From the NCBI GenBank assembly GCA_964016885.1, contig OZ024741.1, forward strand, positions 212,288,001-212,352,000: a stretch of DNA of 64,000 nucleotides, written 5' to 3'. This stretch comes from Eledone cirrhosa (Eukaryota). Made by a program: the position numbers and the translations under genes. Under the pieces are notes generated by a model, which was not told the origin of the DNA, made no database searches, and was given only the letters and a program-made list of their open reading frames with translations. Every line of letters starts with the position of its first letter. Position 1 is the first letter of the stretch. This document shows, in pieces, positions 27,045 through 41,819 of the stretch.

Positions 27045-27119
27045 GGTGTAACATAAATTCCCGCCGTTGTAATAATTTGTTTAATAAAAGAAACGGCAGG
27101 AATTTGAGTTACAACCTAA
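27041..27119. mobile_element. Mariner-type MITE of about 79 bp (MADE1-like architecture)
   Basis: About 28-bp TIRs ttggggtgtaacataaattcccgccgtt / aacggcaggaatttgagttacaacctaa; TA flanks. Confidence 0.8.
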
Positions 27120-27121
27120 TA

Positions 27122-27165
<44 letters not shown>

Positions 27166-27799
27166 AATTTAAGAGAGAATGAACAATGCATATGCGCATA
27201 ATTCACTTCAACAAACGGAAATGAAAGAGCATATTTTCAATGAACGTAAGGAAATTTAAATTTCTCCAACTTAAAAAGAATTACCATTCCAGTAAAAGCA
27301 ATATGGTATTAATTTCAATACAATACATTACATAGCTTAACTACCATTCCTTGATATATAAGACTAACATTTCTTTCTCCACACACCCCTCAAAATTCTG
27401 ATTATGCAAATAATTCGTATTGATTTTCGCTTCAGTATATATTACTCTGGACATTTGCGTGTTGTGCCTTCAGGACACGTCTGTGAATTCGAAATTAATT
27501 TACCGTTGCTAATCAACCCAGATTACTATTTTGCAAATTTCGAGACAAAAATTCATTGTTTTAAATGGTCATTAAATATAATTGTTTTCGATAAATTCGC
27601 CCCAGATCGCAATTTTTTTGTTATCGAATATGAAAAATGAATTATGAAATTGGTGGAGGTTTAATTAAAACCAGACAAGATAACAATTAATACTACTAAT
27701 ACTAATATTACTACTACTGGTGGTAGTTGTAGTATTACTATTACTAATAACAGTACTATTATTAGTACAACTACTACTACTACTACTAATAATAATAAT

Positions 27800-28197
27800 A
27801 ATTGTTTATACTTTTGGCACAAGGCCAGCAATTATTCAGTGTATTACTGGTACTTTATTTTATCGACCCCGTAAGGATGAAAGGCAAAGTTAACCTCGGC
27901 AGGATTTGAACTCAGATCATAAAGGGTTGTAACTCTTTGCTGAAAAGCTTGGCGTCCGACCCTCTACCGATACTGCCAATTGGTTTGTAAAATAGGCAAA
28001 AGGCCAGCAACTTTGGGGGAGGGGTAAAGTCTATTAAATCGACCCCAGTTAATTACTGGTGCTTTATTTATCGACCCCGTATGGATGAAAGGCGAAGCTA
28101 ACCTCAGCGGGATTTGAACTCAGAACGGAAATGGATGTAACTATATGCTGCAAAGCAAGGTGTCCGGCGCTCTACCAATTCTGCCAATCTAATCCAC
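27800..28197 (-). mobile_element. Two adjacent tRNA-derived SINE copies
   Basis: Same family motifs in reverse orientation. Confidence 0.85.
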
Positions 28198-28629
28198 TAC
28201 TAATAGTCACAATTTCTCTATTATCTCTACTACAAGTATTGTTACTAGTGCTAATAACAGTACTATTATTACTAGTATTACTACCACTACTACTAATAGT
28301 AATACTTTTACTAGCAATAATAGTTGTATTATTAGAAGTAATAAAATTAATAATAGTAATAGTTGTACTAGCAATAATAGTAATAGTAATAGTAGTAATA
28401 TCATTACTACTACTACTGTCACCATTCACTTTTTCTATAGATATATCAACCGAACCAAACAATAGCTAAATCGGTTGATTGGAATGTTGAACAGAGAGAC
28501 AGACAGGCAGATAGATAGAAATATAGAGAGAAGGAAAAAACGAGGCATGGCAGACGAAAGAGAGGTAAGGAGAAGGGAGAAAGAGAGAGATGATGAGAAG
28601 AGTGGTAGAGAAGAGATATAGAGGGGCAG

Positions 28630-28698
<69 letters not shown>

Positions 28699-28928
28699 TG
28701 GAGAGTGAGAGAGCTAGAGAGGGAGAGAGAGCTAGAGAGAGAGAGAAAAGACGGACGAGAAGACTGAGAGAAAAAGAGAGAGAGAGAGAGAGAGCTAGAG
28801 AGAGAGAGAGCTAGATAGAGAGAAAGAGAGATATCTAGAGACATATCTAGAGAATTAGAGGGATTGAGAGAGTTAGAGAAAGAGATTGAGAATTAGAGAG
28901 CTAGAGTGAGAGAGCTAAAGAGCTAGAA

Positions 28929-28989
<61 letters not shown>

Positions 28990-31514
28990 GAGAGTGAACG
29001 AGAGAGTGTGAGAGCTACTGGGAGATTGAGAGCTAATGGACGAGATATAACACAGAGACCTAAAGACAGAGACAGTACTAGAGAGATATACAGAGGGGGA
29101 TAAAAAGATAGAGCTAGAGAAGTAGTGGCAATGAGAAGGGAAAGATAGCTAAGAAGAGAGAGAGATAAAGCGAGAGAGAAAGAGAGAAAGAGAGAAAGAG
29201 AGAAAGAGAGAAAGAGAGAAAGAGAGAGAAAGTGAGAAAGTTAGAAAGACAGATAGAAGAGAGAGAGATAAAGAGAGAGAGTGGGAGAGATAAAGAGAGA
29301 AAGAGTGGGAGAAAGAAAGAGAGAGAGTGGGAGAGAGAAAGAGAGAGAGTAAGAAAGTGAGAGAGTGAGAGGTAGAAAGTGAGAGTGTGAAAATGTGTGT
29401 GTGAGAGAGTGAGAGAGAGGGGGCAGGAGAAGTGGTAATGAGAAGAGGGAATGAGAGAAAAATTGTTTTGAACTGCAAAGTTCTTTTATGAATAATTTAA
29501 AAATTTTATGTCTAAACACTACCATCTTTTTTTTTCAAAATGGCTGCCAGTGTACTGGTTAATCAACATTAATAATACATCAACTTCAATTGGTTTTTGT
29601 AACAACGGACACATTTCGTTTGATTAATGCATTTTTATTATGTTTGCAAGAAGACAAGACATGGGTGGATGGCAAAAATTAGTAGCCTGTCATAGAAAGA
29701 GGAGGACTAACTGATTTACTGTATCTAGTTACATTCTGGTGCTGTGAAGACAAGTGGCGCAGTGGTTTAAAGTGATAAACTGAAACTGACGATTTTAAAG
29801 TCATGAGTTCAATTCCTAGGACCGAACGTTGCTTTGTTTACACGAGGAAGATTACTTTATTTTATGCTGTTTCGGTGCACACAGCTGGATAAAAATAAGA
29901 TATATTTCTACCTCAAAAGGTCTGTGTATGTTGAATTATCCTGAGAAAGAAATATATTGAGGATACACGTGTTTGTGGAATACTTAGCCACTTGCATGTT
30001 AATTTCACGACTAGGCTCTTCCATTGTACAAATAACTGGAACACTCGACGTTGTAACCGGCCGAGATCCCAAACGCCACATTACTATATGCGTACTAAAC
30101 AAAAGTTCTGCCTTGTCACATATTAATTCATTCAGCGTCTCTCTAATAATTACATTAAGAGTACAAAGTCCAGTTGAATGCTCAGGCACTTGAACTTAAT
30201 TTCACCAGCAAGATGCTCCATTTGGATCACATTTTCGGAGCCATTGCCATCTTTTGTCAAAGTTAACTTCCCGTTTCATCCTTCCTGATTTAGTTGCCTT
30301 TTCATGTCCGTTATCTTTTGGGAGACGGACTAATGAGTCATTAGAATGTCGGATAGAATGCTTTGTGGTATTCGTTTCGGTTCTCTACGTTCAAATGACG
30401 CCGAAGTCAATTTAGCCTTTCATTTTTTTTTTAGATTGATAAAAGAAAAGTACTAGGTTGATTCTTCCTCTGTATCTCACTTTCTATCCTCCTCTGGAAG
30501 AAGGTTTGGCTGAAGAGAGATGTTCAGCCCTGGAGATGGAAGGGTTCCGCTAGGCTTAAAATACTCAAGAAACGCTGTATATCACTCCGGTGCCTCTACG
30601 ACTCCATCAGGAGTTACGGGGCCATAACATACCCTTCTATGCTTTCCACAAGTCGAACGAAGCCTGGAAAGTCTTTAGATTAACGAGTGTTAAAGGGCAC
30701 GAGTCCATCCGTGTGTTGTATAACATGCTTTACGTTAAACTCATCATCCCTTAACGTCCAGAGTTCAAATTGCAGGTCATTCATTCTACTGAGATGAGTT
30801 GCAACTGACTTAGTATCAACACTGACAAGAACAATAGAAGCAGTTTCCTTGGTTTGATATGACAATCAATTTCTTTCCTTCTTCCATATTTATTTATTTA
30901 TTTAGTATTTTGTTTGTTCCAATAGGTAGTAAATTTGCTATACTCCCTTTTACTCTAGACATTGGCTTAATGCCTGGAAAATAAATACAATTTTTATGTG
31001 TAAACCTAATGACATATCGAAGCAAAGAATTTTTTTTTTCTATTTTGTTTTTAAATAATGTTTATGCGTTTATTCTAGTAGTAAAAACGATGTTACACAA
31101 GCAGTATAATTTCTCTTTCAGCAAACAAACATGCTACATCTGAGTTGCTATACAGAAACACGCTAACAACAGATATATCACTATTAAACAAGACAAACAC
31201 ATGACAGACGAATTTATTTTAACTCAATACACAGGTACTAATAATTTTGAAATGTTTCCAATGACTAAAAACAAGATTATCACATGAAAAATACATGACA
31301 AATGTACTTAAAACTAGCTAATCTCGTTGCATTACCGAATGGATTCACCGGACATTTATAAATATTATATTAACTGTATAGCAGGTTTCAACCGTCTGTC
31401 ACACGCTCGCGATAAAATTTGTCAAACTCTTTCAAACACTTTTATATAGAATTCATGGAACAAAATTAAAAATATGACTAGAACAAGGTTGAGGGAAAAT
31501 GTTCAAAAACATTA

Positions 31515-31705
31515 TAATTGTTCCTACGTTTGGCACAAGGCCAGCAATTACTCAGTGCATTACTGGTACTTTATTTTATCGACCCCGAAAGGATGAAAGG
31601 CAAAGTTAACCTTGGCAGGATTTGAACTCAGAATGGCAAGGGCCGTAACTCTATACGTAAAAGCATTGCGTCCGACCTTCTACCAATACTGCCAATCCAC
31701 TGCCC
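31515..31705 (-). mobile_element. Full-length tRNA-derived SINE with apparent target duplication
   Basis: aaaatgttcaaaaacattataat flanks both sides (about 31496-31518 and 31713-31736). Confidence 0.85.
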
Positions 31706-32309
31706 CTTGTTCAAAAATGTTCAAAAACATTATAATGCCTTTTATTCATGCCAGACGTTAGCGTTCTCTGCCAGCTGTGTTATGTCCTATTTCTTCGTCT
31801 ATTTACATCTCCCCATCCATCTATATATGTAAAGGTGAGAGAAACACCACGGCATAAGGAGACAGCTCTTCGTCTCACTTAACATGTTAAAATGATCAAA
31901 ATGTGAAACCGGTAAAGTTATTACAACCAAATAATCTTAAAGACTCCAATTGTATTTTCAACTTCTTTTCCGTATATATATATGTGTGTGTGTGTGTTTC
32001 TCTTTACCCCATCAAAGGTGAGATTTTATGTGCAGAAAGTGTCTTAAATTTCTTTGTCTTGCATTATACGTCTACGCATTATATATAAGATTGATAAAAT
32101 AGCTTCAAGGCAGTGCTCCAGCATGGCCACAGTGTAATAACTGCAACAGTTTCTTCCCTAGAACTTAATCTCAGTTCAATTTCCATTTGAAGAAGTTAGG
32201 ACCATAAGCGTTCCAGTCGCGAGATCACCCTCTTATCTCTTCGCATACAGGAACCGTCTTATCCAATGTGTTGTACGTTTTATTGTAAAGACGGTAACAT
32301 TTAATTTAA

Positions 32310-32530
32310 CCCTTTAGCATTTACATTACACTATATATTTTATAGTATTTTTGTGGTAAATGCTTTACCTCACATAATTATCCCACATAATATTGGATAT
32401 ATGAGATTTTGATATTATTTATTTTGAGAACAATACCTTAACATCACTATGAGTGGCTAGTTACAGTCAGTTTGAACAGAAAGAGGTAGGAGAATTCTGG
32501 GCGGATATAGTCGGTTTAAATACTAAAGGG
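32310..32530. mobile_element. piggyBac-type MITE
   Basis: TTAA-ccctttagcattta ... taaatactaaaggg-TTAA. Confidence 0.8.
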
Positions 32531-33470
32531 TTAAGCATAATGTTACATTGATTTCAAGCAGATATGGCGTTTGCAGAGAAAACTGCTGGCTGGCTGAATT
32601 TGTTTGTGTCGTTGTATCAGTCAGCCCAGTGACTATTAGAAAGAAATGACTTTAATAAATGTAAAAAGTAAAGCTCTTTATCGATACTTTTCTAGACATT
32701 TACTACAAAACAATCAAGCCACGCGATTAGTAAAACAAACTGTAGAATCAATAAAAATTGCTAGACTACGACTCAATTATTTATTAATTTAAGCACAAAG
32801 TAAATAACAGCTTCACCTGAAAGATAAGTGAACCGAACGGCACATGCATAATTTATTATGAAAAAAAATAAAATACATATATATGAATATATAGAAAACG
32901 AGAGTAAACAAAACGAAAATTAAAAAGAAAAAAGCGAATGAATTTCAAATTATCAAAGGCATGAACGCGTTTCTTGGCGGATAATTAACCAAAACGTACA
33001 TAGAAAGGAATCAAATGAACTGAAATTAGTTATATATACTATAAAGAAAGCTAGAAAAAAATTAACAACATGATCTATAAAAATGGTGGAAAGTAGGTCA
33101 CTGCCACACACGTCAAGTGAACTGAAGTCAAGTCAAATATACCAAAACACTATTCTATAGCCATTGAACAATCAATAATTCCAATGAAGAGGATCACACC
33201 AACCAGCCGGAACATAGACAAAATATAAACTAGAAATTATTATAATAATAATAGTAAAAATAAAGAAAATAATAATATAAAATAATCAAATGTAGAACAG
33301 GAAATATTATAAATCGTTGATAAAAATATATGTTGATAATAAAAAATACACTATGGTATCGTTTCTTTTCAAATAATTACAAGTATTTTCAGTAAATGAT
33401 CACTGAACATGCAACAACTAGAGATGAAAAATGAAATATGGACACCCACTAGAACCCACTAAAAAATATG

Positions 33471-33590
<120 letters not shown>

Positions 33591-33696
33591 ATATGTGTGT
33601 GTGTGTTTGGGTGTGTGTACATACATATATATATATATATAGTAATAATAATAAATTTGAAAACTATTTTAATAAATATATATATATATATACATA

Positions 33697-33728
<32 letters not shown>

Positions 33729-33832
33729 CATACATATTTATATATATATGCATGCATACACATATGTATATATATATATACATATACATATATATATATA
33801 CATGTATATATATGTATAGATACACAGATATG

Positions 33833-33874
<42 letters not shown>

Positions 33875-33893
33875 TATATATACACATATATAT

Positions 33894-33958
<65 letters not shown>

Positions 33959-34033
33959 TATATACAAATATATTTACATACATATACATATATATTTACA
34001 TACATATACATATGTATACATATATATATACAT

Positions 34034-34649
34034 ATGGTGGCTGCCAACTCGTTTTCGAGTACGGCCACTACCTTATCCATGTAAGAGAACCCCTACCAAT
34101 GCGCTGAATGAGTGTGACTTTTTAGTCCAGCCAGCGACTTGAAAACTCTGGTACAAACACTACACTTGTGACAATTAATGACACATAGTGCTGGGCCCAT
34201 GGTATCATGTGACGTCAAGTGCAGAGAGATCTCCAGATATAAAGCAATGCCTGTGCTGTGAAGCTTTTATAGTGAGCAAAGGCACTGCACAAAGCCAGTC
34301 CCACACTCTTAACCAAGATGATATTTACCAAAAAGAAGAACAAATCAACATCATTGGATACCATCAGCAGAGTTGCAGGTGTTATATCAGAGTTTTCCTT
34401 CTCCTAGAATTCTGCCTTGACAAAGACTAAGGGGTCATCTCTCCCGGTAATTTTGGATGGCCATTGACTCTTAAGAGCTCCTTTGCCCTTTGTCAGGTGG
34501 TGCTACTGGTAACATGTATCCCAGTACAATCTGTGTCATGGTCGGGTCGTTGGCGACTAAACTGGCAACCCCACCAAGGTTTCTTGGTGAGGAGGGTGAC
34601 TTTGGACATCCTGCAGGACTAAAAACAAAACCTGTCAAAGGGCAAAGGA
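34034..34649 (-). mobile_element. Non-autonomous RTE-derived retroelement, copy 2, with inverted 5' domain
   Basis: Near-identical to 44968-45579 except that 34498-34630 is in the opposite orientation, between 19-bp inverted repeats. Confidence 0.8.
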
Positions 34650-35024
34650 TATATACATATACATATATATATACATACATATACATATATACATATAAAC
34701 ATATACATACATATATATACATATATATATATACATGTACATATATATATTTACATACATACACATTTAAATATATATACATATATATATATATACAAAC
34801 ATATATACACATATACATATATATATATACATATAATTATACATATATATATACATATACCTATATATATACATATATATATATACATATATATATACAT
34901 ACACCTATATATATACATATATATATACATATATATATATATACATATACCTATAAATATACATATATATAGATATATACATTTATATACACATATATAT
35001 ATACATATACATATATATGCATCT

Positions 35025-35247
35025 TCCTTCCGTAAACACATCCTTAAATGCCTTGGTCACAGTCCTAGCGACTGAATGCAGCATCGGATCCTCAAGGATA
35101 AAGGAAGCACTTGTTATTAAGAACCTCAGACCCCCACTTAACAACCGGGCTGAGAGAAATGAACTGACATGACTAATCTAACCATAGTGACCAGTAACAG
35201 CCCCTACGGCCTACTATCTTTCACACACACGCACTTATATGTATACC

Positions 35248-35278
<31 letters not shown>

Positions 35279-35840
35279 GCATCTATATTTATACACGCAC
35301 ACATGTTTATACAACCTACCACCCACATTTCACACCCTTTGAATTCCAGCTTCTACGGCCCACTATCTTTCACACACACATACTCACATACATACACACA
35401 TACACATATACACACACAGTTACACACACATATTTTACGGCTTTCACGCGCTAGCGCACCCTATTGAACTAACCCAATTGGTCAGTAGCTTTTGCCACAG
35501 CCTATCACTCGCACGCGCACTCTTTCCCTCGTTTGAATTTTCCCCATAACGGCATTCCTATGTTTTAACGACAATACAACAATTTTCTCCGGCTTAGCCT
35601 GTTCCCCTCCCTTTTGGAATTTTCCCCCTGTTGATGGGCGTTAGCCCGAAATATTGGGATGAAATCTCCACTACGGTAATCCTTCTACCTTTGTTTTGTT
35701 TTCGTTTCTCTCATTTTTTCACTTTTCTCCTATTTCTTACTCACTTCCTACCTCGATATTTCCCATCTGCATTGTTGTGGCTTTCTAAACTACGTATTTT
35801 ACATATTTCACAATGCTTCAAGCAAACTTAGACACCCTCT
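35025..35840 (+). mobile_element. 5'-truncated PLE: EN C-terminus, 3' region and degenerate HHR
   Basis: RIKEALVIKNLRPPLNNRAERNELT*; attttcccc-CTGTTGA-tgggc gtta gccc-GAAA-tatt-gggatgaaat at 35616-35669. Confidence 0.7.
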
Positions 35841-36226
35841 TTAAATATATATATACATACATATATATACACACATATATATATATATACATATATACAT
35901 ATATATACACACATATATATATATACATATACATACTTATATACATATATATACATATATATACATATATACATATATACATATATATATACATATATAC
36001 ATATATATATACATATATACATATATATATATACATATATACATATATATATATTAAAGAGTTAAACAATATTCAATGAGTATATCAAAGAATGAGTTTT
36101 ACAGTAGAATGGAAGCACTCTACGAAAAATAATTTTCCAGAGTTATTAATATTGAAATACAAATGTTAATAAAATAGATGTTCTTTTTATCAATTACATT
36201 AAATATATCTAACAATAAATACTTCA

Positions 36227-36294
<68 letters not shown>

Positions 36295-36301
<7 letters not shown>

Positions 36302-38234
36302 TAAAATAACAGATTAAAGTTTAAGCAAAGAATCGCTGCTTTCACTCTTAACGAGATCTTCTGAAATGAAGCTCTTGCTCGGAGTTGATTTGTCGATAAG
36401 GTAGCATATACAGAGTACGAAAATAGACCTAGAAGAAATAGATCCCGTCGCATTTGTTGTTATAACCCACCATATAATATGGAGGTGGCCACACCATTAG
36501 CTAAGATCTTTCTTTCCCCTATTACGAAGCATTTCCCCCTTCACATAACTATACTAAAATTTTTAATAGAAATACTATTAATATTTATTACTCTACGACT
36601 CCTAACCTTGCACATAACATCACAGCTTCAAATTTAGCTAAACTACCTAGCCGTAGGAACACGTGCAACCATGTAGTTAGTACTAACTGTAATTGTAGGA
36701 ATCGGGTTGATTGCCCCCTATCCGGGAAATGCCTCTCTAGTAACATTATCTACAAATGTAAGGTTGAAACACCCACGTCCCGTAGGGCCTACATAGGGTT
36801 AACCACCAATAGATTCAAGCAGCGTCTTTACATGCATACCCATTCTTTTCGTTACCCTCTAAGAAGGAATATGACGTCACTTTCAGCTTATATCTGGAGT
36901 CTAAAAGACAACCACACCCAATATAAGTTACACTGGGAGATCCTAGCTAGGGCTAGATCGTATAACGGAAATAAAAGACCATGTGACCTCTGCGCCGCTG
37001 AGGCCCTAGAAATACTCTACGCCACAGACCACATCTTAAACAAAAAAATCTAAGGCAATTTCGGCTTGTAAACATAAATTGCACAAAACTTTCCTGTATT
37101 ACAGCTCCACGTTATACCCTAACGGATAGTACGATCTATACGTGGATATTTTACGTCTTGATGTGGTAGCTAAGTATATGTTTTGTTTATACCATTACTT
37201 ATTTGCATAGGTAAGTATACATTACCTGAATGTTTTGTGAAGGTACGTATACTTTCTCGTACTTATATTTGATTGTATATGTTATGGCGTATCATTTTTT
37301 TTATATATCCTGGTACATATTGTTTGGTTATGTATATACGGGAGTTTTGCGTCTGTGTGAGTATGCAGGTTCGTACGTATGTAGGGTGTGTGTATATGTG
37401 TACTTCATGTTTTGGTTGACTTACGTCTCCGAACATTTGTGTATTTACATATAGGTATGTGTGTGCGCTTGTTATATACGTATTTATTTATTTATACACG
37501 TTTATTTAATTATTTATTTATTTGTATACACGCACACACACACATATTTATATGTGCGTGGTTTTGTATACCTATGGCAAGTGTTTTCGCGTATGCTTGT
37601 GTATGTACGTATTTGCATGCGTGTATGTATTTATTTAATTTCTATTACCTCTGTATTGTATTTTATTTACTTTATTCTTAACTCTGAAGCGGAGATTCAT
37701 TCGGTTTCCTAGTTAGAATTTTAGTCTACGACTTCAGCTATACCATTTACGTGGTTATGTCTGTTCGTGCAATTGTTCTCCACGATCCACATATGACGTA
37801 TTATCTTCGTTTGTTCCGTTCATTGCCAGAGAACGTCTCTATGAACCACCTAAGAGAACAATAGTCTACGACTTCTTTTATACCATAAACGTGGTTCTGT
37901 CTTTGCGCGTAATTGTTTTACACCGCTCCTATTAATGACGTATTATATTCGTTTTTTCCCGTTCTTTGCCAGGGAACGTTTCCACGAACCACAGTATCGT
38001 CTTCCTGTCTTTTTCTGGTTGCAACGTTTTTTGAAATTTGAAATATCCCCTTCTGCGTTTACAGATTGACTTTGTTAGTTTCAGAAGATCCCGTTAAGGG
38101 TGAAAGCAGCGATTTTTTGCTTAAACTTTAATCTGTTATTTTAATAAATATTTGCTCTACGGTTCTTATATATTTGATATATATTTATCCTTATCGAGCC
38201 CTCTTTCGATTTTAGTCTTCAAATTTATTATTAT

Positions 38235-38240
<6 letters not shown>
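36295..38240 (+). mobile_element. 5'-truncated PLE with inverted 5' pLTR, GIY-YIG remnant (36440-37110), 3' pLTR and tail
   Basis: KIFNRNTINIYYSTTPN, CNCRNRVDCPLSGKCL..IIYKC..YIGLTTNRFKQR..H; 36295-36367 is the reverse complement of 38080-38150; tandem duplication of about 140 bp at 37722-37995. Confidence 0.88.
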
Positions 38241-38284
<44 letters not shown>

Positions 38285-38714
38285 AGCTCAGCCGTTGGGG
38301 TCCTGACATCTAGATCCAAACTAAGCCAGCATATACGCATATACCCACAAACACACATATATGTATATTTATATATACAAATATACACGCATATTGTGCA
38401 TGGGGTTTTCTTTTATTAATTAACTAATTACCAAGCTGGCAAATGCATGTTGTGAAAATTAGAATAGACATTTCAATTATGTTCTGATTTCTGTTTGATA
38501 TAAATAGGGCTTTATACAGTTTCTCTGTATGTAGGGTATAACTGTATATATATCTTCTGACGAACAGCTATCTTTCTTTCCTGAGTTATTCTAACCACAT
38601 GCTCATAGTACCGGAGCTGTGATCTGTCTATTTGGAGCGACTCTCTGATATTCGAGTTACGTATTCTATCGAGTAACGTTACTCCAAGGACCCTTCGGAG
38701 GAACCCTATTTCTA

Positions 38715-38940
38715 GACAGGTTTTACGGGCAAAAACCGACCGGCAGGAGACCCAGGTGTAGACCCTTAGCTAGATGGTTGGATAATATCTACGAGCTTAG
38801 TTGATCTAGCTTGTGGATGCAGCCGGATCGATTGGTGACGGTTGCTTCTGACAGGACCAGCCGGAAGTGATGTTTGAGAACTCTGCCCCCACGATCCCCT
38901 CAGGAATAGGTGGGTGAACAAAAAGAAAAAGAAGAAGGAG
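38715..38940 (+). mobile_element. RTE LINE 3' end remnant (same family as 57520-57910)
   Basis: aaaccgaccggcaggagacccagg..ctcaggaata..gaaaaagaa similarity. Confidence 0.7.
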
Positions 38941-39281
38941 GATCAGATATCTAGCTGCGAAATATGTGACGACAATCTCGTCAAATATTTCTGACAATGA
39001 GGAGAGTAACAATGTGTTTCATGTTTGTTTACTTTTTAAAATTAAGTCTCATGACCAGTAATTGTCCCTAAATTAAATCAATACATCTTACATTTTCTAG
39101 TATACGTATATAGATACGAATAGACACACACACACATATATATAGACAAATATACATACATATATACAGCCATATAAATATATACAGAAATATACATACA
39201 TATATACACGCATATATATATATATAAACAAGCATATATATATATATATACATACAACATACACCCATATGAATACATACA

Positions 39282-39343
<62 letters not shown>

Positions 39344-39409
39344 ACATACACCCATATGAATACATGCAAATATACATACATATATACACGAATATATATA
39401 TATATATAC

Positions 39410-41436
39410 AATGATATTAAATAAATGGAAACTATATTTATAAAACCATATTTATTTTATTATATATATTTCAAGGGTATCAAGACAACATTGGTACGCT
39501 TTCATCAGGTAAAATACAAAGTTTGTTTTATAAATAGAGACATACCCATGAAAATCCTACCTTATCGGTTGAATATTCACTGGATAGTGGAAATATATTA
39601 GGGATTTTTGAAACTTATGTGTTAATATCCAAATGAATATGTAAATAATTGAAAAACAACCCTTTATTTAAACGACTATGGCGAGAGAGAGAGAAGGATA
39701 AAACAGTGCGAGAGAGAGAGAAGAAGAAAGAAACAAGAGAAGATGAATAAAAACTCATATAACGTTAATTTGAGGGAAATATATTCTAAGTATATATCTT
39801 AATAGTACGTGTATTTACGATTATTAATTATTTAAAATTTGTTTATAATATAATATTTTTCTTCTGTTATAAGTGGATAAATAAATAAATAAATACATAA
39901 ATAAATAAATAAATAAATGGGTATATCATGTTATAGATAATTGTTCTAATGAGTTATGAGGGATATTGGTTTTGTATTTAATGTAAATAAATATTAAGTT
40001 AAATTAAATTAAATTAACTGAGTTAATAAGAATATTTATATTTATATGATTTAAAATGGGAAGATACGGAAAAAACTCCGGTTTAATTTATTTATTCGTT
40101 AGTGTGAAACTATTTAGTCAAAATAAGTATAGATGTTGAATTTAGCCAGAAACAGTTAGTGGTTATAAATCTATTGAAAAATATTGAAAGAATATTGATA
40201 AAGTATTGAAAAAATATTGAAATATATTGAAAAAATATTGAAAATTTTAGAAAATTTAAAAAAAATTTTTTATAAAAAATTTTTTAGAATTTTTTATAAA
40301 CATTTTTTATAAAAGAAATAAAAATTAAAGAAATAAAAATAAACAAATAAAAATTATTAAAATTAAATTTAAAATTAAAAAAAAAGTTTAGAATTATATA
40401 CGTATATAATTTATGAAACTTTAAGAAGTGGAATTACAGCAAATGTTATAGATATTATGATTTAGAGATATCAATGTATTAAAACCAAGTGGATGAGATT
40501 GTTATGGAAATAAGTAGAAATATTATAAGTATAATTATAAGTTATATATAGTTCTGAATGTTGAAAACTGGCGATGTCTACAAGAATTAAATAAATTCGT
40601 TCTTAGTTAAAAAAAATTTCCTCAATACACAATTTGCAGAATCTGGATAAAGTTGTGTTTCGGTAAGAGGGTGCTTTTGAAACTGTTTCCCAAGCTAATG
40701 AATAGTCCATATTCTTGCATTTTAAGTTCCATATCAGGTTTGAAAGAGAAGTTGAAGATTTTGTTATCAAATCTTCGGAAAGAATATTTGTGGTTATTCC
40801 ACCGACTTTTAAAATCTGTAGAAGTTGCACCGACATAGTTAAATATATTATCACTAGTTTCAACTGTACATTTATAGACCACGTTTTTATCTAAACACTT
40901 ATTTTGTAAAGGACAGTTTGATTTAATTTTACAGTTACATTTTGCGGAGTTGGTGTTATTCGGAACAGTACTATTATGTTGGATATTGCTAGAGATATTA
41001 CTGCTATTTTGGTTAGGCTTTAAATTTCTATTATCAATTCTATTTATATTTTGTGCTATGTTCATAGTAGTAGAGTAGGATATTTTTATAGTATGCCTGT
41101 TAAAGATTGAGTTGTATCTGTGGGCTTTAGTAAAACATGTATCTACTGCTTTAAAGAATAGATTTGCTAAAGGTGTTTTTACGCTTAATGAGAATGGGGG
41201 TGAGTACCAAATAATATTTCTAGTTCTATTTCTTCTGTTAATTTTAGAGTTTAAGTTAATTTTTATTATTATTATTACAATTAATAGTAGGGTTATTTGC
41301 TTTATTACTGTTGTCGATGTATTTAATCTTATTTATATAGCCTGCTCTATTTAAAGCTTCATTACAATATTCTGCCTTATCGTCAAAAATGTTTTTATTA
41401 GCGGAGATGCGTGAAATCCGTTGTTGGACAGCATTT
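39410..41436 (-). mobile_element. PLE 3' part (RT thumb and GIY-YIG remnant 40560-41436, AT-rich 3' region, HHR pLTR)
   Basis: CNCKIKSNCPLQNKCLDKNVVYKC..YVGATSTDFKSRWNNHKYSF, CKLCIEE; related to 1-2905. Confidence 0.88.
39453..39516 (-). ncRNA. Type I hammerhead ribozyme motif
   Basis: Minus strand tattttac-CTGATGA-aagcgtaccaa..ttgataccctt-GAAA-tatat-ATA-ataaaata. Confidence 0.72.
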
Positions 41437-41819
41437 CACCATCTCTATAATTTAACTGCGTTACTCTGTCTCTTCACTCTCTATATGACAACACTCTTTT
41501 ACTTTCCGTAGAGATGAGCGTCGTATGTAAATTTGGTCAACACGTATGTTTCCTACACACCTTCCGATAGTTTCTTAGCTTTACTCTCTCCGTCGCTCTT
41601 CTCTTTCTCTATAATAGATCATTCCCCCTCTCTATAATTTAACTGCTTTACTCTCTCTGTCGTTCTTCACTCTCTAATATTATAAAGCTGAGACGAAATT
41701 TCTTTCTCCCTCTTTCACCCTCTCTATAATTTAACTGCTTTACTCTCTGTCTCTCTTCACTATCTATATGAAAACACTCTTTTACTTTCCGTATCTACCT
41801 TCAATATATCAATATATAC

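Noticed and set aside
38568-38630. Hammerhead starting CTGACGA-acagct...agctgt
   Set aside because: GAAA is absent (gatc) and stems I and III cannot be drawn.
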